A stretch of 64,000 nt of DNA. It comes from Pseudovirgaria hyperparasitica. Lineage: Eukaryota. Location of the stretch: NCBI GenBank assembly GCA_010093815.1, contig ML996575.1, one strand, 5' to 3'. This document shows, one piece after another, positions 13,298 to 26,597 of this stretch. The notes under the pieces are model-generated. The model was not told the origin of the DNA. It searched no databases and saw only the letters and a program-made list of their open reading frames with translations. Made by a program: the position numbers and the translations under genes. Numbering within the stretch: the first letter of the stretch is position 1; every line of letters starts with the position of its first letter.

Positions 13298-16027
13298 TCA
13301 ATCGTATCCGCCGCCGCCACCGCCGCTACCCCCTGCTTGCCCGCTGGCACCACCGTATAGGCCGCTTCCAGTGCCTGGTCCGCTGACGCCTACGGTTACG
13401 CCGACGCCTGCTATACCGGGTGCTACGCCGCCGCCGGAGTCTGCGTAGACGGGGATGCTGGTTGTCACGGCTGGGTAGGCGAAGGAGGATGGATGGGTGG
13501 GTGTATGGGGGGAAGTGTACTGAGCGTAGTCGCGCTGTTGCTGTTGGTGCTGTTGTTGTTGCTGTTGCTGTTGCGGTTGTTGCTGCTGTGCTTGCTGCGG
13601 CGGGTAGTCTTGGCGGTGAGCGGGCTTTATGTCGTTCGGACCGCCGGTGTATTGGGATAGCGAGACGGACACGTTGACGTTGTGATGGCCGCCCTGTGTG
13701 GGTGCGGGCGGGGGCATGCCGGAGGTGCCTGTTATTGCGGCGCCTGGGTCGCTGTATAGGGGCGGTGTGGGACCCGGGGGGTGGTGCTGCGAGGGGTGAG
13801 CGCTGTGGTGAGAGCTGGGGAGATCGGGGGGTTGAGGCGGGTTGGGGGCGTAGCCGCCGGCGGAATGGGGCGCGGAGCCAGGCAGGGCGGAGGCGAGGGA
13901 GAGCTGGTTTGTCATGTCGGGGAGCATGTCGTTGATCTTCTCCATCAGCACGGTGGTGTAGCGCGGGGAGTTGGCGCGGAGGTTGCTGATGATGGTGTAG
14001 TAGCGGGTCAGGAAGTCTCGTGGAGAAGGGGGAGAGGCGCCGAAGGAAGGGTCGTAGGACGGGTTGATGGACTGGGCGTAGTCGAGGGGGACGTAGGACA
14101 ATACATCGGTGAGAGTGCACGCGACGTCGAAGAGTTTCTCGATCTAAGGGGGAGGAAACGTGTTAGCTGCCTGAGGCCCACAATATCGCGAGGTAATGAA
14201 TGGTACAATCGGTGGCCCTTGTGAGAGAGTCCGGGACCCACGAGGCTGGAAGGGAGGAACGAGGAGAGAGGCATGCGAGCGGCAGGCCTGGACCGTGGTG
14301 GAGAGAGCAATACGCAGGGCAAGTGTGTTTCCTGCAATAAGCAGCGATGTGCGGAGACAAACACACACCCAGGCCAGATGCCGCAAAGTCGTTCGTCATC
14401 CCCCAGATGATCGCAGGCTTGATGCGGACGTTCCCCAATGCGCCGTCTCGTGCAGAGTCGAGCGGATCCGCGAACGGTTACGGCGGACGTCATGCTTGCA
14501 GATGGGCCAATCCCAATCCCAAGCCAGGGGGTCGAGAATCGGACATGGGCCAGGGTATAGAATAGCGCCCGGGCAGACAAAAGGAAAATGATGGCATGAA
14601 TCGTAAACAGATATGACGTTGCAAAGAACTTACCAGACCGACCCCATGCACTTCCATTGCCTGCTGTCTGAAATGGCTTGACATGGCTATCCAGTCGCGT
14701 GATATCTCGATCGGGTACTTGAAGCTCATCGCGTTGTCGGATGCGACGCTGGAGATGAAGCCGTGGCTGATGCTCAGCTGCCATACCATGGTCTTGAGCC
14801 AGATCTGGCTGGTGCGCAGATCCACAACCTGCGTCTCGGTGTTTGTATTCTCGAGATAGACTGGCAGGGCGTCCTCGAGTTTCTTGTGAAGTTCGAGTAG
14901 CCAGGAGGGAAGGCATGTCGTCTGGACCTTGTTCCACAGCCCGATAAACGTGTCGTCAAACGGCCTATATAGGTTGATTAATCGGCAAAACCCTGTAATT
15001 GAGATGCGGTCCGTGGGATCTTCGTCCTCAATTGGAGGGTGTATCGTTGCATGCAACGTCAGCGGACGATGCTTATGTAGTGCAAATGCTCTGGGAGTCA
15101 TGTCAGCCTGACCCCATATGACCATCCATATACATGGAAAATATCCATCTTCAACAAACCTTTCGGTGATAAACAGTTGCCAGAACAAGCGCCGGCGCTG
15201 CAGAGTCTCCATGGGATCCAGAGTTCTATATGATTCCTCGTCTCCCATGCCCAGACTGTGCGCATGTGTGGTAGCTTCCCGGAGGTGAAACCAGGCGGTG
15301 TTGGGCCTGTCGATGGCAAAAAAACATTCGTACATATAATATGAAGTGAGTACCGTCAAAATGGTCGGATTCTCCGTATAAGTGCCGTTCTTCCGCACCC
15401 GGATGGCTTCCTCCAAAAGCGCCTCGCCGTACGCCCCATTCGACGGCTGCGCGGCCGCTCTATACATGTCGAGACCAGGTGGCGGCGGCATGTTGCGCTG
15501 CAGCATCATCATGTAGGCGCAAAACACGGTGACGAAGCAGTACGGCTCCAGGGTATGCTCCATGGCCATGAAGTACTCGGCCAGCCGCTGGCGGTGCAGA
15601 ATGGGCTGGGTGGGATACAGATTCGCAAAGTAGTAGTCGGCACAGTGGTCGGCCAGCTCCTGGTTGACGAGATGCGGCGTCTTTGCCCACGCCGGCTCGA
15701 ACCTGGAGAAGTCGTGGAGATAGGGGATGTTCTGTCGCTGGGTCTCGCGCAGTTCGGAGATGACCTTTGCGCGGCTGCCCTTGGGGCCCTTCTTCTGGGG
15801 GATGGCATTGTATGTGCACTGCAGGCCGGACGTGATGCAGTTCTTACATGGCTTCGCGCTGTCTCCAGTCCCACGCTCGCACTTGACTTTTCGCCGGTGA
15901 CAACTAGCATCAACATATCAGTGGGAGGGCGCACGTCGTGTGCACACAAAAAAAGCGACACACACCTGTCACAGGCTCTCTTGATGAGCGCTGAAGTGCC
16001 AGTCGGTGGAGTCGAGACGGGCGACAT
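13298..16027 (-). CDS. Zn(II)2Cys6 transcription factor of the COL-26/BglR/ART1 type (starch and sugar utilisation regulator)
   Basis: KRACDRC|HRRKVKC...PCKNC...CTYNAIPQKKGPKGSRAKVISELRETQRQ signature across intron 1, fungal TF middle homology region (AWFHLREA, RRRLFWQLFITER), IEKLFDVACTL after the 14633-14144 intron, and a Q-rich C-terminus. Confidence 0.85.
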
Positions 16028-19000
16028 GTTCTTGAGAGGTTTAGTCGGCCCAGCCGGAGCTTTCCATGAAGAGGAGAGATCTGAGCCAGAGCTGCTGCCG
16101 GAGCCGTTAGGGGACGATTGGCCTTATCCCAAAATGAAGTCACAAAGGCACAGCTGTATGACGGCAAGTGCTTTTTTGATAGAGTAGTCAGCCAGCACGT
16201 GGTGCATGAGAGTAGGCCACGAAGATTACCGATCCAGTCGGAGGACGATGTCAAGAGGCTCCGGCGCTCTTTTGAGTGATAGTCATGCTGCAGAAACTCT
16301 CACGATAAGTGCAATGTTGAGGGGAGGCATGCCCTGTGTCCAATCGCAACGGCGCCAAGGAGGCACTGTAATCTCATAGGTAGTTGCGAAAGCGACGTCC
16401 AGGCTGCAGAAAGAGCAGGCATCTAATACTCGGTAGTGAGACAGAGACCAATCGGCAGAGCATGGAATGGATAGAAGCATTGGCCGTCCAGGGACACAAA
16501 ACTGATGGACAGGACAAAAGGTAGAGGGTATGTGTGTGTGATTGAGGGAGAGGGACCTGGAAGGACCTGAGGGGACCTAAGGGGAGAGGGTCCAAGTAAC
16601 ATGCAGGCGTCAAAGTCAAAGGTGGGCTGTGCTGTGCTGTGCTGTGTGTGTGTATGTGTGTGTGTGTGTGTATGTGCTGCGTGCTGCCGATCACCTCACA
16701 GACTGACTCCCTGTCTGTGCAGGGAAGTACGAACGGGGGAGATGTTATTTCGTGCCGCAGATGTTTAACGATGTCTGGCATAATACCCAAGCGCAGCTAG
16801 CACCAATTGTAGGCTCTATAAAACATAAACTAGGAACTTGGTTGTCTCTCTCTATCTCTGAGCACGCCTGGACGGTGGCACAGTTACTATGTACTATGTA
16901 CATGGCGAGTGGTAGTAGTAGTAGTAGTAGTAGTAGCCGGCCCCCCCCCCCCCCCCCCCGGGTGTAAGTAAAGTTCATATTCCTGGTATGTGGAGTATGT
17001 TGCTGTGAACGTATAAGGAAGAGAGGTTCACGGCAGCATTTTCTCTAATAGGGCTGGTTAAACATGAAGGTTTGCTGCACCAATCATGGGGCAACCCTTT
17101 ACACCCATTACACAAACTTCACCAGCATGTATGTACGTATGGATGTATGTATGTATCTCTAACCGATGGGAGGAAAGAAGATTTGAAGAATTCGGAAGGA
17201 TCCGGAGACGTTGCCGGCAATGACTTGACTGGCTGGCTGGTCTGTCTATCTGTCATTGTCAAACAAAAGAGATGAGAGCTGGCGGAGCAAAAAGAGTGGG
17301 CGGGCTTCCCTCCTCCTGACAGGCAGGGTGTTTTGGGGTGTTTGGGCTAATAGGCTTGTTTGATCCACCGAATTGCCGCACAACAACTACTACCACAAAG
17401 CCTCGCCTGCACGTGCCGCCTGGGTTGGAACGTTGAATTGGCATTTGGAAGCGTGGGCGGCCCCCCCGGTTCGCTAATTAACGTGGTCTACTTACTGTAG
17501 CTACTTAGTTTGCAGCTCGATGCACGGCAGCAATATCTTCCTAGTGTTGTAGCCCTACTTATGGAGCAACAGCGGGTTGGCAGATCGTCCACGTTGCAGA
17601 AGTGAAGAGTCTGTGTTGACAAACTATCAAAAACTCGCCATGTTTGTGTGAGTGTGCTCGAACCGCCCAATGCCACAATTATGCTAATACTGTAGGCATC
17701 AAAGTACCGACAAGTAGCGACAAGAGGCCCCTGCGGGCATTGGCATTGGGCTGAGGTGTCATGAGTGAAATAAAAAAACGGCTTGTGCGGAGAGATAGCC
17801 GTGATGAACATCCTCCCTCGCACCCTGGCGCCAAGTGTGAGCGCGGGAGCTCCCACGCTGACGGTGCGTTTAGCAGTACCAGTCTTTGTACCAGGGACCA
17901 TTCCATAATTTAAATGGTAATAATAGGGTGCCTACATCTACCTCTATCTCGGATGACGACGGGAGATTAGCCACGCGGTCTCTCATTTGTGGCTGCTTGT
18001 ATCTGTGCCTTTTCTCCAGAGCCAGCCCCAGTATAATCAGCCCAGCAAGGAGCCCAGCAGCCCTCGTTCCGGTCGTGATCAGTATCAATGTAGAAAGAGA
18101 GATGTATGTGTGTGTCGCTCTCGATTGCTCCCGACGAACACGAGAACGACGACACGCACACCTGGCTGGCAGGTCAGCAAGCAACCAACCAGGCAAATCA
18201 TCGTCCTGGACCGGATGTCCCACACACGCCTCCTGCTTGGGGTAAAGATAGGCACACACTGTATGTAGCGGGCGGTATAGCGTCCTAGTCCCAGGCAACA
18301 CAGAAAGGACATTCCGAGAGCGTTGGTGAGGAGGGTTTACCATTCAGCGTGCATCCCGGGATATAGCTTCAGATCATTCGACTTTTCCCACACTCACTAA
18401 CCCCCCACCCCCCTGGTCCTTTTTCTAGCATGCTCCTCATCCCATAACCGACGCACGGCCTCTCTCGTCAAAGCCTGAAACCAGAAAGTGCGAAGAGAAA
18501 GTTGATGGGAGCATCGTCGAGATTGATATAGCCATATCTGACGACTCTTGGTGAAGGACAGTAGTCAGTGGGTAAAAAGGTCGATAGGTGCCAGTTCGTC
18601 CGAAGCCGTCCAGTTGTGCCATGCCAGGCAAGCATCCAAAGGCCGGCGATGGTCTCGACCTCACCGGCTCGGCCGTGTTGTAATGCTGACGGCTAAAAGC
18701 GGATCAGTGGCAGTTGATAGGGAAAGGAAGAGGCAGGCAGGTCCACAGTCCTGAGTCGACAGCCAGCCCCCGTAGTCATCATCATCAGGGCCACACAGAC
18801 TGCCTGACAGCCCTTCACCAGCAGCACAGGTCGTAGTCGCTAGGTGTCCTGGCAAGGCCGGCGTCCAACTTCCTGATTCGAAAGGCGGAGAGTGTGCCAT
18901 GCTGCGACATGTGCAGGCCAGCACAACTGGGGTGTGTGAGGGAAAAAAGAAAGAAAGTGGGCTCAGGTCATGCCATCGTGATGCTCTCTATCGAGGAGGA

Positions 19001-20818
19001 GGAAAGGGGGGCCGTATATTGGTGCCAGGAGTACTTTGGAGGGGGCGGAGGGATATGAAGTTCAAATAGTACGCGGAGGGCAGAGTGAAGGAGAGAAATG
19101 GTTGAATTTTGATATGTCTGGACAAAGAAGAATGGATGTGCTGTTCAGGTCCCATCCATCATATATATATATATGCTTTCCTGAGGCCCGGTGGAAGTGA
19201 AAAAGGCCCGTCTGCGGTGCTGGCTGGACAAAACAGCGCCTTTCTTGCGCCGTCGCTGTGCTTGCGGCCTTGGAAGAGTGAACGATTTGGCCGGCAAAGG
19301 GGGCTTCTTTGGCGGGCGCCGTTGTTGTAGCTGCAGACCCAGCGACAACTGCGCCGCTTCTTGGGGGGGTTTCGCGCCGTTTCGCGCAGTCTGGGGCGGC
19401 CTTGGGGCGGTCTTGGGCGGTTCTTGGGGGGCGTCTTAGGCTGGGTCCCCCCCGTACCGCCAGTGCATGTCAACATTGGAGAGCCATATATAGTAAACAA
19501 ACACACAACCACAGTACATAGTCAAGAAAGAGTCAACAACATCAAACGTCCTACCACACAGGATCACGACATGCCAGAACCATCGTCGCATCTTCGCATC
19601 AGATTTGTCGCACTGACCGACAGGTCCATCTGCCTGCTCCCCTGCCCTCTGTATCAAAGCATGGCACCATTCACTCGTCGCGTTTGGTAAACAAACATCC
19701 ATCCATGTGCCCGCGCCCAGTCCTAGGGCTGGCTGAACAAACAGTCAGTAGGGTACAGTAGTATACTCAACCCGCCATCCGCCATCAGCATCGCGTGCCA
19801 ATCGGCCCTATCAAGCGGGCTGGCGCGCACGACAAAGCGCCGGTGCGGTACGCTACAGGAACGGGGAGGGCGTTTAGAGGCGACCATCCATCCATCCATC
19901 CATTCCCAACCATCATCGCTATCATCTTGACTTTGATAACTGACAAAGTTCTCACTACGCCATGACTCCCGGCTCGTCCGCACCCTTTCCCTAGCCACAA
20001 GATGTAGACGTGCGACATAGGGAGGGAGATAGTTGGTAGTCATTAGCATCCCATCCATAGCCTGACGTTGAAATAGACTGGTCCTGACACACACACACAC
20101 ACTGCGCTGCACAGCCATGGGCGATAACTTACATATGTGCATGGGGGAGGGGAGACTGGGGGCGCACCAGGGGTGGGGGAGGGGGCTGACTATTGTAGTG
20201 TATGTACTCATGCGAGTCTTGTGACTTGCTTTCTTCTTTTCTGAAGTCCTACTTTTTATATCCTGTATAGTGATTATGTTTATTGCGAGCGAGCCTCAGA
20301 CAGACTGCTTGGCTCGGCTTGTGAGCATTCTTTGGTGACCATTGGCGGACTGTGTATATATAAATATATGTATATCTTCATCAAGCACACGAGTCGCGCT
20401 CAGGCATAGATACATGGACTGTGTACGACATTGCGACATTGCGACATTGCCCTCCTGCGACCTTGGTAGGCCTCCTCGGCGGACCCTCGTCCGAGCATAT
20501 CCACGATTCTTCACATACAGTACTATTCCGGGAAACCATCTTGAAACATCAAAACACGTTTCCAGTTTTTACCCATCAACGGCATCTATACCCTAGCGTC
20601 TGTCTCATGCTACTGTATCCACATCCTACCTCTCCACAGTGTCCACTCTCGTCTCAAAATCTCATCACAAGAAATTTTTTTGGTCTACATGGGCCCCCAA
20701 GCATCATCGGGTATTAGAACGCCATTCCATGCATCGCTGTACAGTACACACACTAAACTCCAAATCGCTCCGCCCAGATAGATGTTCATGTGCCGAAAGC
20801 ATGCGCGACGGCTCGTCA

Positions 20819-23310
20819 TTATGTGAATTCCACGCGACTACCTCCGCGCTCTGCCCGCTGCCGTGCACGTTCAGCGCGTCGTCTCCTCCGATTGTCCTCG
20901 TAGTTACTTGCGCGACTCATCTCCGTTCCTGTGCCAGGTGGACTGCTACCCATCGCACTCTCTCCGGCTGCAGGAATGGTTGGAGGCGGAGCAAGGCTTG
21001 CATGGTCCGTCGTTGCAGCTGCAGGATGCGGTGCTCCAAGTGGTGGCGGTCCAGGAGGTGGGCCTGGCAATGGATACGGTAACGCAACCGCAGGAGCATT
21101 GCTCGACGAGCCCATCTGCTGCTGTTGTTGTTGTGCTTGTGCTGCTTCAGTTGCTGCCACTCTACGCCATCGCTCGTCGTCCACGTTGCTGAACGAGCTG
21201 ACACTGCCGCCGCGATTACCACGCTGCTGTCTCTCCTTTCGCCGGTGTTCACGCTCTGCTCGAGCTTCCTCCTCATTCAGCCTTCTTAATGTGACATGAC
21301 GTCCGTCTTCGTGCATCTTGACTTTGACAGACACGGGAGGCGAGTTCATGCTGTTGTCGGCATTACTGCGCTGGCCGCTGCCATCTCTACGCGATGATGA
21401 TGCACCTGCTGGAGGTGGCGCAGATGAGCTGGCTGCTTGATGGTGCCGTCGATGCGGTCGACCTCCTGCAGAGAAATACTCCTCGGACCCAGACTCAAAG
21501 CCCGGAGGCGGAATGCCTTGAGACTGGGGCGGAGCTGGCACTGGAGCTATACTCGACACACTGGTGACATCAGCACTATGCAATGGAGGTGCGACTGAAC
21601 TCTGGGCAGGTCGTGGTGGGTGATGTCGTGAGAGTGCTGGAGTGCTACCAGTGATGTCGGTATCGTCATCAGTGAAAGAACCAGTGCGTCCGCCTCGTCG
21701 TGGTCCGGGAGTCCCGTCTCCAGTGTAGTGCCTTCGTTGACTGTTCGTTCGTGCCATTCTCTCCTTTTCAATCTCCTGTGCACGAATTGCCTCTACCCGT
21801 GCGTCTTCCTTTTTACGTCGTCTTTGGCCTAACTTGTGTTTCAAGAATCCTGCAAAGCCGAGCACGGCAAGTCCTTCTTTGATACCAAAATCACGGCGAT
21901 GATAATCATGGTCATCTTCATCTCGTTCGTCGCTAAAGCTCGAGTATGAGTCGATCGAGTTCCCACTCCGCCTTCTCAGTGATGCTCTTCTCGAAGGACT
22001 TCCGTATGATGCCGCACTCGCACCTGCTGTCGCCGCCGCCGCCGCTGCTGCTGCTGCCGGTCCAACAGATGGTCGTCGACCATGGGGCCGCAGTCGATCG
22101 TTGGCTGGCGATGCTGGCGCTAGGCCTTCTTCTACTCTGCTTATGTCTGTCTGGGTCATCTCTGAAGCGCCAGCACGAGGTGGACGATAACTCGACACGT
22201 CACTTTCAACCTCCTGGGGTTTCCTTCGGTTGAACAGCCCCCTAAAAGCAGCTATAGCACCAAGACCAGCGCCTGCACCGAGAAGTCGGTTTCTCCACGT
22301 GTGATTCTTTTTCTCGTGCTCATGGTACTTTTCACGACCAACTGACTCGGAGCGCCGCGGGGATCGTGAGCTATGACGAGAACTGATGACCTCCCGTCTC
22401 TCTCTTGACCTATGTCGACTTTGCGAGCGTCTTCTCAGTGCTGCCAACGCTGCGCCCGCTCCTCCTGCAGCGGCTAATGCACCCAGTCCATGCCCTCCCC
22501 GGCGGCTTCTCCTCTCCTCTGTTATCTCAGTTACGCCCTCACTGTAGATACTACTGCCCTTGTCGTAATATCCGGTTGATGGCCGATAGTGGAAACTCAG
22601 ACCAATGTAGAGGACTAGAAGGAAGAACCCCCACAAGGCAAACAGGATAAATAGAACTTCTGGTGATCCGTAAAGGGTTAGGCCAAGTGCGACCTGTGTG
22701 AAGCCGAGAAGGGCGATGGCTCTACCAACCCACTGATGAAGGAATAGCTTGAACGGTATGCGGATCCGGTCCTTTCCTTTTTCTCGGTGATGAGTCCATG
22801 CGCCGAAAGTAGCTTGTAAAAGGATGAAGATGTAGAGAGTCAATCCTATGCCATGGTGGGGATTTGTAAGACTTCTTGCTTGGCCCACGGCGAACCAACC
22901 TAGTACGAAAACTACAGTAGATAGCAGTACCGTCAGTATCTGGAGCCAGATGTGATATCGAAGAGCCATTCGGGCGTTTCTGTGGTAGAATGCAGCGATC
23001 ATTATAGCAGCGGGCACGACCCCGAGAAAAGTAATGGCAGCGACAATGCCATGACCTTTTATAATGCTATGATATCCCGGCATGTCCAGAAAGCGATTTC
23101 CCATACCTAGTCCCTGTCAGCTTGGTGCTCTACCTCTCCTGTATCCTCGTCAGTCTTACCATTATAGCGCATCGTCGCAAAGTTTAGCCCTACGAGGTTG
23201 GGCAACAGGAAAGTATTTCTTGACGAATCCCACGTTCCATCCCCAACATACATTGTGTCCGAGTTGTATGTGCTGCTGCCGGCCGGCGCCAGCTGCGGAT
23301 TTGGCGACAT
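20819..23310 (-). CDS. Cytochrome b561-domain membrane protein with a long disordered Arg/Ser-rich C-terminal tail
   Basis: Exon 1 (23310-~23159, MSPNPQLAPAGSSTY...LLPNLVGLNFATMRYN) splices to a 761-aa ORF. About 5 TM helices carry spaced heme His residues (HGIVA, HIWLQ, HHGIG, HQWVGR). Confidence 0.8.
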
Positions 23311-24833
23311 GTTTCTTTATAGCGATATGTACAGGCGAATAGAAGGGTATGCGCAAAGGCGGTGAAGGCTGATTCGGAGGTCAACGGCGAGTCCTAGGAA
23401 GAGCAATCGATGCTGATGGCTGCTTTCCTATAGAATCAGGTACGTCACGTCGAACGAAGGTCGTGTCGAGTCTACAACCAGCTGGCAGCAGGCGTCAATC
23501 GCGAGCAGGTCCGGCGAGGCGGACCGCTCGTTGAAGTCGGTCAGTACGGCGAGATTCGAAGATTGTAGGGAGCGAAGGCGTCGTAGATAGATAGCAATGA
23601 TAATCACAGATTACGCAGGTATTCCCCGAGTCTTTAGATAGCTTGAACCAGGGTAGGATAATGTGAAGAAAATGTCCAGAGCAAGGTGAGATGGTAGTTG
23701 GTGGCAGGGCGGTCTGTGCTTTCGGATGTGTTGTCGTCGATTTTGGCGGGACAACCACAACAAATCGATAATTCCCCCACTAGCCACCAATAACAATAGT
23801 AAGGCACCAGCCACTCCGCCACTATGTGGCGATTCTCGTCAAACTTCATCCAATTGCCTTCCGCATTTCCATTTCTATTCGTCTCCTTATATTCATCGTT
23901 GCGCGTCCTCTAAGATCTTCCAATTCCCGGCAGTTTCATCGACGCGTAAATGTTCCATTGATGCCCAAAGTATGCCCTAGGACACTGGCAAAGCGCGCTG
24001 GTCGTGACACGTTCATATCGTTCGCCCTGCTCTCACATAGTCTGGTCGCTCTCCTATCACACTCTACTCATGGGTGGGCCAAGATGTGAGTATATGAGTA
24101 TGTGAGCATCTAATGTTGACGTTTCGCTTCCCTCATAGGTATACGGCTTCTCTAGGCCATGTTGGCAATTCACTATCGTTTGTTTCCACGATGGACGTAG
24201 TTCTCAGGTATCGCATTCTGATACTACGCCATGTCTGTCTACTAACCAATGATGGCCTTACTGCTGTAGCTGCCAAGTTCTCTTTGTCGTTGTGATGACA
24301 AAGGATCAAGGCCACGTATAGCTCGACCCTGGCAAGGTAACTTCTACTCAGCCCCAAAACCGTACGTCGAATCATGAGGCCATGAAATTGCATATATTCT
24401 CTTCATTCAGTCTGATCATTCTCGTCGCTGTTCTCCGAGCCTTTATATCTAGCTCCACTCTTCCATGGCAGAACTAGTCTCGTCTCGGTCCATATGGCGA
24501 CACAAGTTGACGCTTTGGCCGCCAAAAGCACACGATACTGGTAAGTAGATGCAGATGCAGATCTTGTTGCGCCTAGGTCTGGCGTCTGGCCCCTATCCTA
24601 TAGCGTGCATATGAAGCAGACAAGCCTAGAACTAGCCAGGCGAGGACCTAAACATACGCCATGTAGACTAAGATACAGCCAGCATGAAGGTGGAAACTCC
24701 ACTGAGCATCCAGATGCCTGATTATGGATCATATAAGAGTCCTTCTCGAGGATGCCGAAAATTCAAGAAAGAAACACGACGTAGTCAACTTCCATCTTTC
24801 TTCTGTCGCCATACTGTTTGTTCTACCGTCCCC

Positions 24834-26114
24834 ATGGCATCTCTACTCGCTCAAACACTCGGGTTCATTGGTCCCAAGATAGGCAGTGCCGCCGCAAGCT
24901 GGGTCTTCCAGAAAAGTGTCAATTCGCTATTCGAAAGCGACAATGCCCTCATTCGAAACGATATCCGCGCTCTATCGACCAAGGTTGAGCAAATCCAAAC
25001 ATCTGTCAATAATCTAGTGAAACAGATAGACGCTATGAAAATAGTCCTTCGGTCAGACACACTCAACGAAAAGCTCACAATCATCAACAGCCATTACGAC
25101 ACAATCTTATTGATCTTCCAAGCGGTCCTCGATATCGAGAATTCGCCCAAAGAGAAACAACAAGCGCAGTTGAATGATTCGCAGAAACGGCTGCGCCAAA
25201 AACTCAAAGACTGCGTTCACGATCTTCCAGAGGCCCTGAAGGGTATCCACGTCTTTCTCGGCGAATCAGGAGAGAACAACATTGTTGTCGATGTTAGAAA
25301 CAAGGTCCTTGCCGACTCACGCGACTTCGTTGTATATTACAGCAGGATGAAGCTGTGGATGCAACGCTTGTGGCTAGTAGAAGCAAAAGCACTGTACCTG
25401 CTACGCATGGCTCACCAAACAGCCGGTGTGAACTACTTTGAAGGCCTCCACTTCATCGAAACTTACACCAAACCTACCGGCATCTTGAAAGAGCAGGCCA
25501 CCCACTTTGAGAACACCGTCGGTCACCACGTCATTTCCTTATTTGATGCCTTAGCGAAGAACAACGGCTCGGTTGCAGTTCAATTTCGTAACCACGCCCT
25601 ATCACCAATCACACGGAGAGCAGAAGGGGACCCTATAAACAACGTCTGGCGTCCAGCTCTACCATTCCCAGATGGCGTCAACCTTGCATTCAGTCTGGAC
25701 AAGCACAGTTTCACAGCCTGGGATCCCTCAGCGTTGACGCCGTATCAATTTACAATCACCGCAAAAGATGCTGCGCAAGGCCGATCGTACTACATGTCCC
25801 ACTGGTATGGAGAGATTCTAGGCTTCGGTATTCGATGTTACTTGTAAGTCGACCATTTAACTGATGAATGAGCTTTTGCATGTAGCTTACATAAGATTAG
25901 ACCAGAATCAATCGGAGGCTCCGCAGGATCCTGGTATGTCAAGCCTGGGCCAAATGGAGGTGACTACTTCAATCTGGAGTATGTTCCTGGCCCAAACAAT
26001 TTCGGTGCTCGAGCTTCCTATTTCCTGCGCCATTCAGAGGTGTATCTCGATCTAGACAATGCGCTGGAGCCTGCTGATGTAAGGTATCGATGGCACTTGG
26101 ATGTCCAGAGTTGA
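24834..26114 (+). CDS. Hypothetical ~410-aa protein: N-terminal helical/coiled-coil domain reminiscent of the Vip3 toxin N-terminus plus a beta-rich C-terminal domain
   Basis: Long ORF from ATG 24834. A short GTAAGT..TAG intron (25844-25885) joins it to a second exon ending YRWHLDVQS* at 26114. The family resemblance is by eye only. Confidence 0.7.
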
Positions 26115-26597
26115 ATAGCATTATGAGAATGAATGCTCAATCGTCGCATCCATTGCCATTCAGCAGGTCAGCAGTTGAGAACTCAGGCTGAGGAAGAAAT
26201 TAGGAGTCTATCCGGGCTTCAAGGCCATATTCCATACAGAACTTTTGGGTCATGGCCACATACATGATCATAATGATATCTAGAGAGCGCGAATAGCACT
26301 GGCAGGATCGGGATGAATGTATATTTATATGATATCCAAGTAGACAAAGTAGATTCATACAGTAGAGACTAGGATGTGTACTACAGAAACTACTCTTCAG
26401 ATAGTAATACTGAGGAATCTAGTTTTTCCAATTTGTCTTCCTTCGTCATAACACAGACGCAGCCCTTTGACGTCACAACATGCCGGCACGTTATCCCCGC
26501 CGGAGTTACCGGAGTAGAGGCATCAACAACATATCAACCAAGCCCCCAGCACACCCAACTCCCCAGAAAGGCTCCAAACAAAAGGACACAACCAGCC

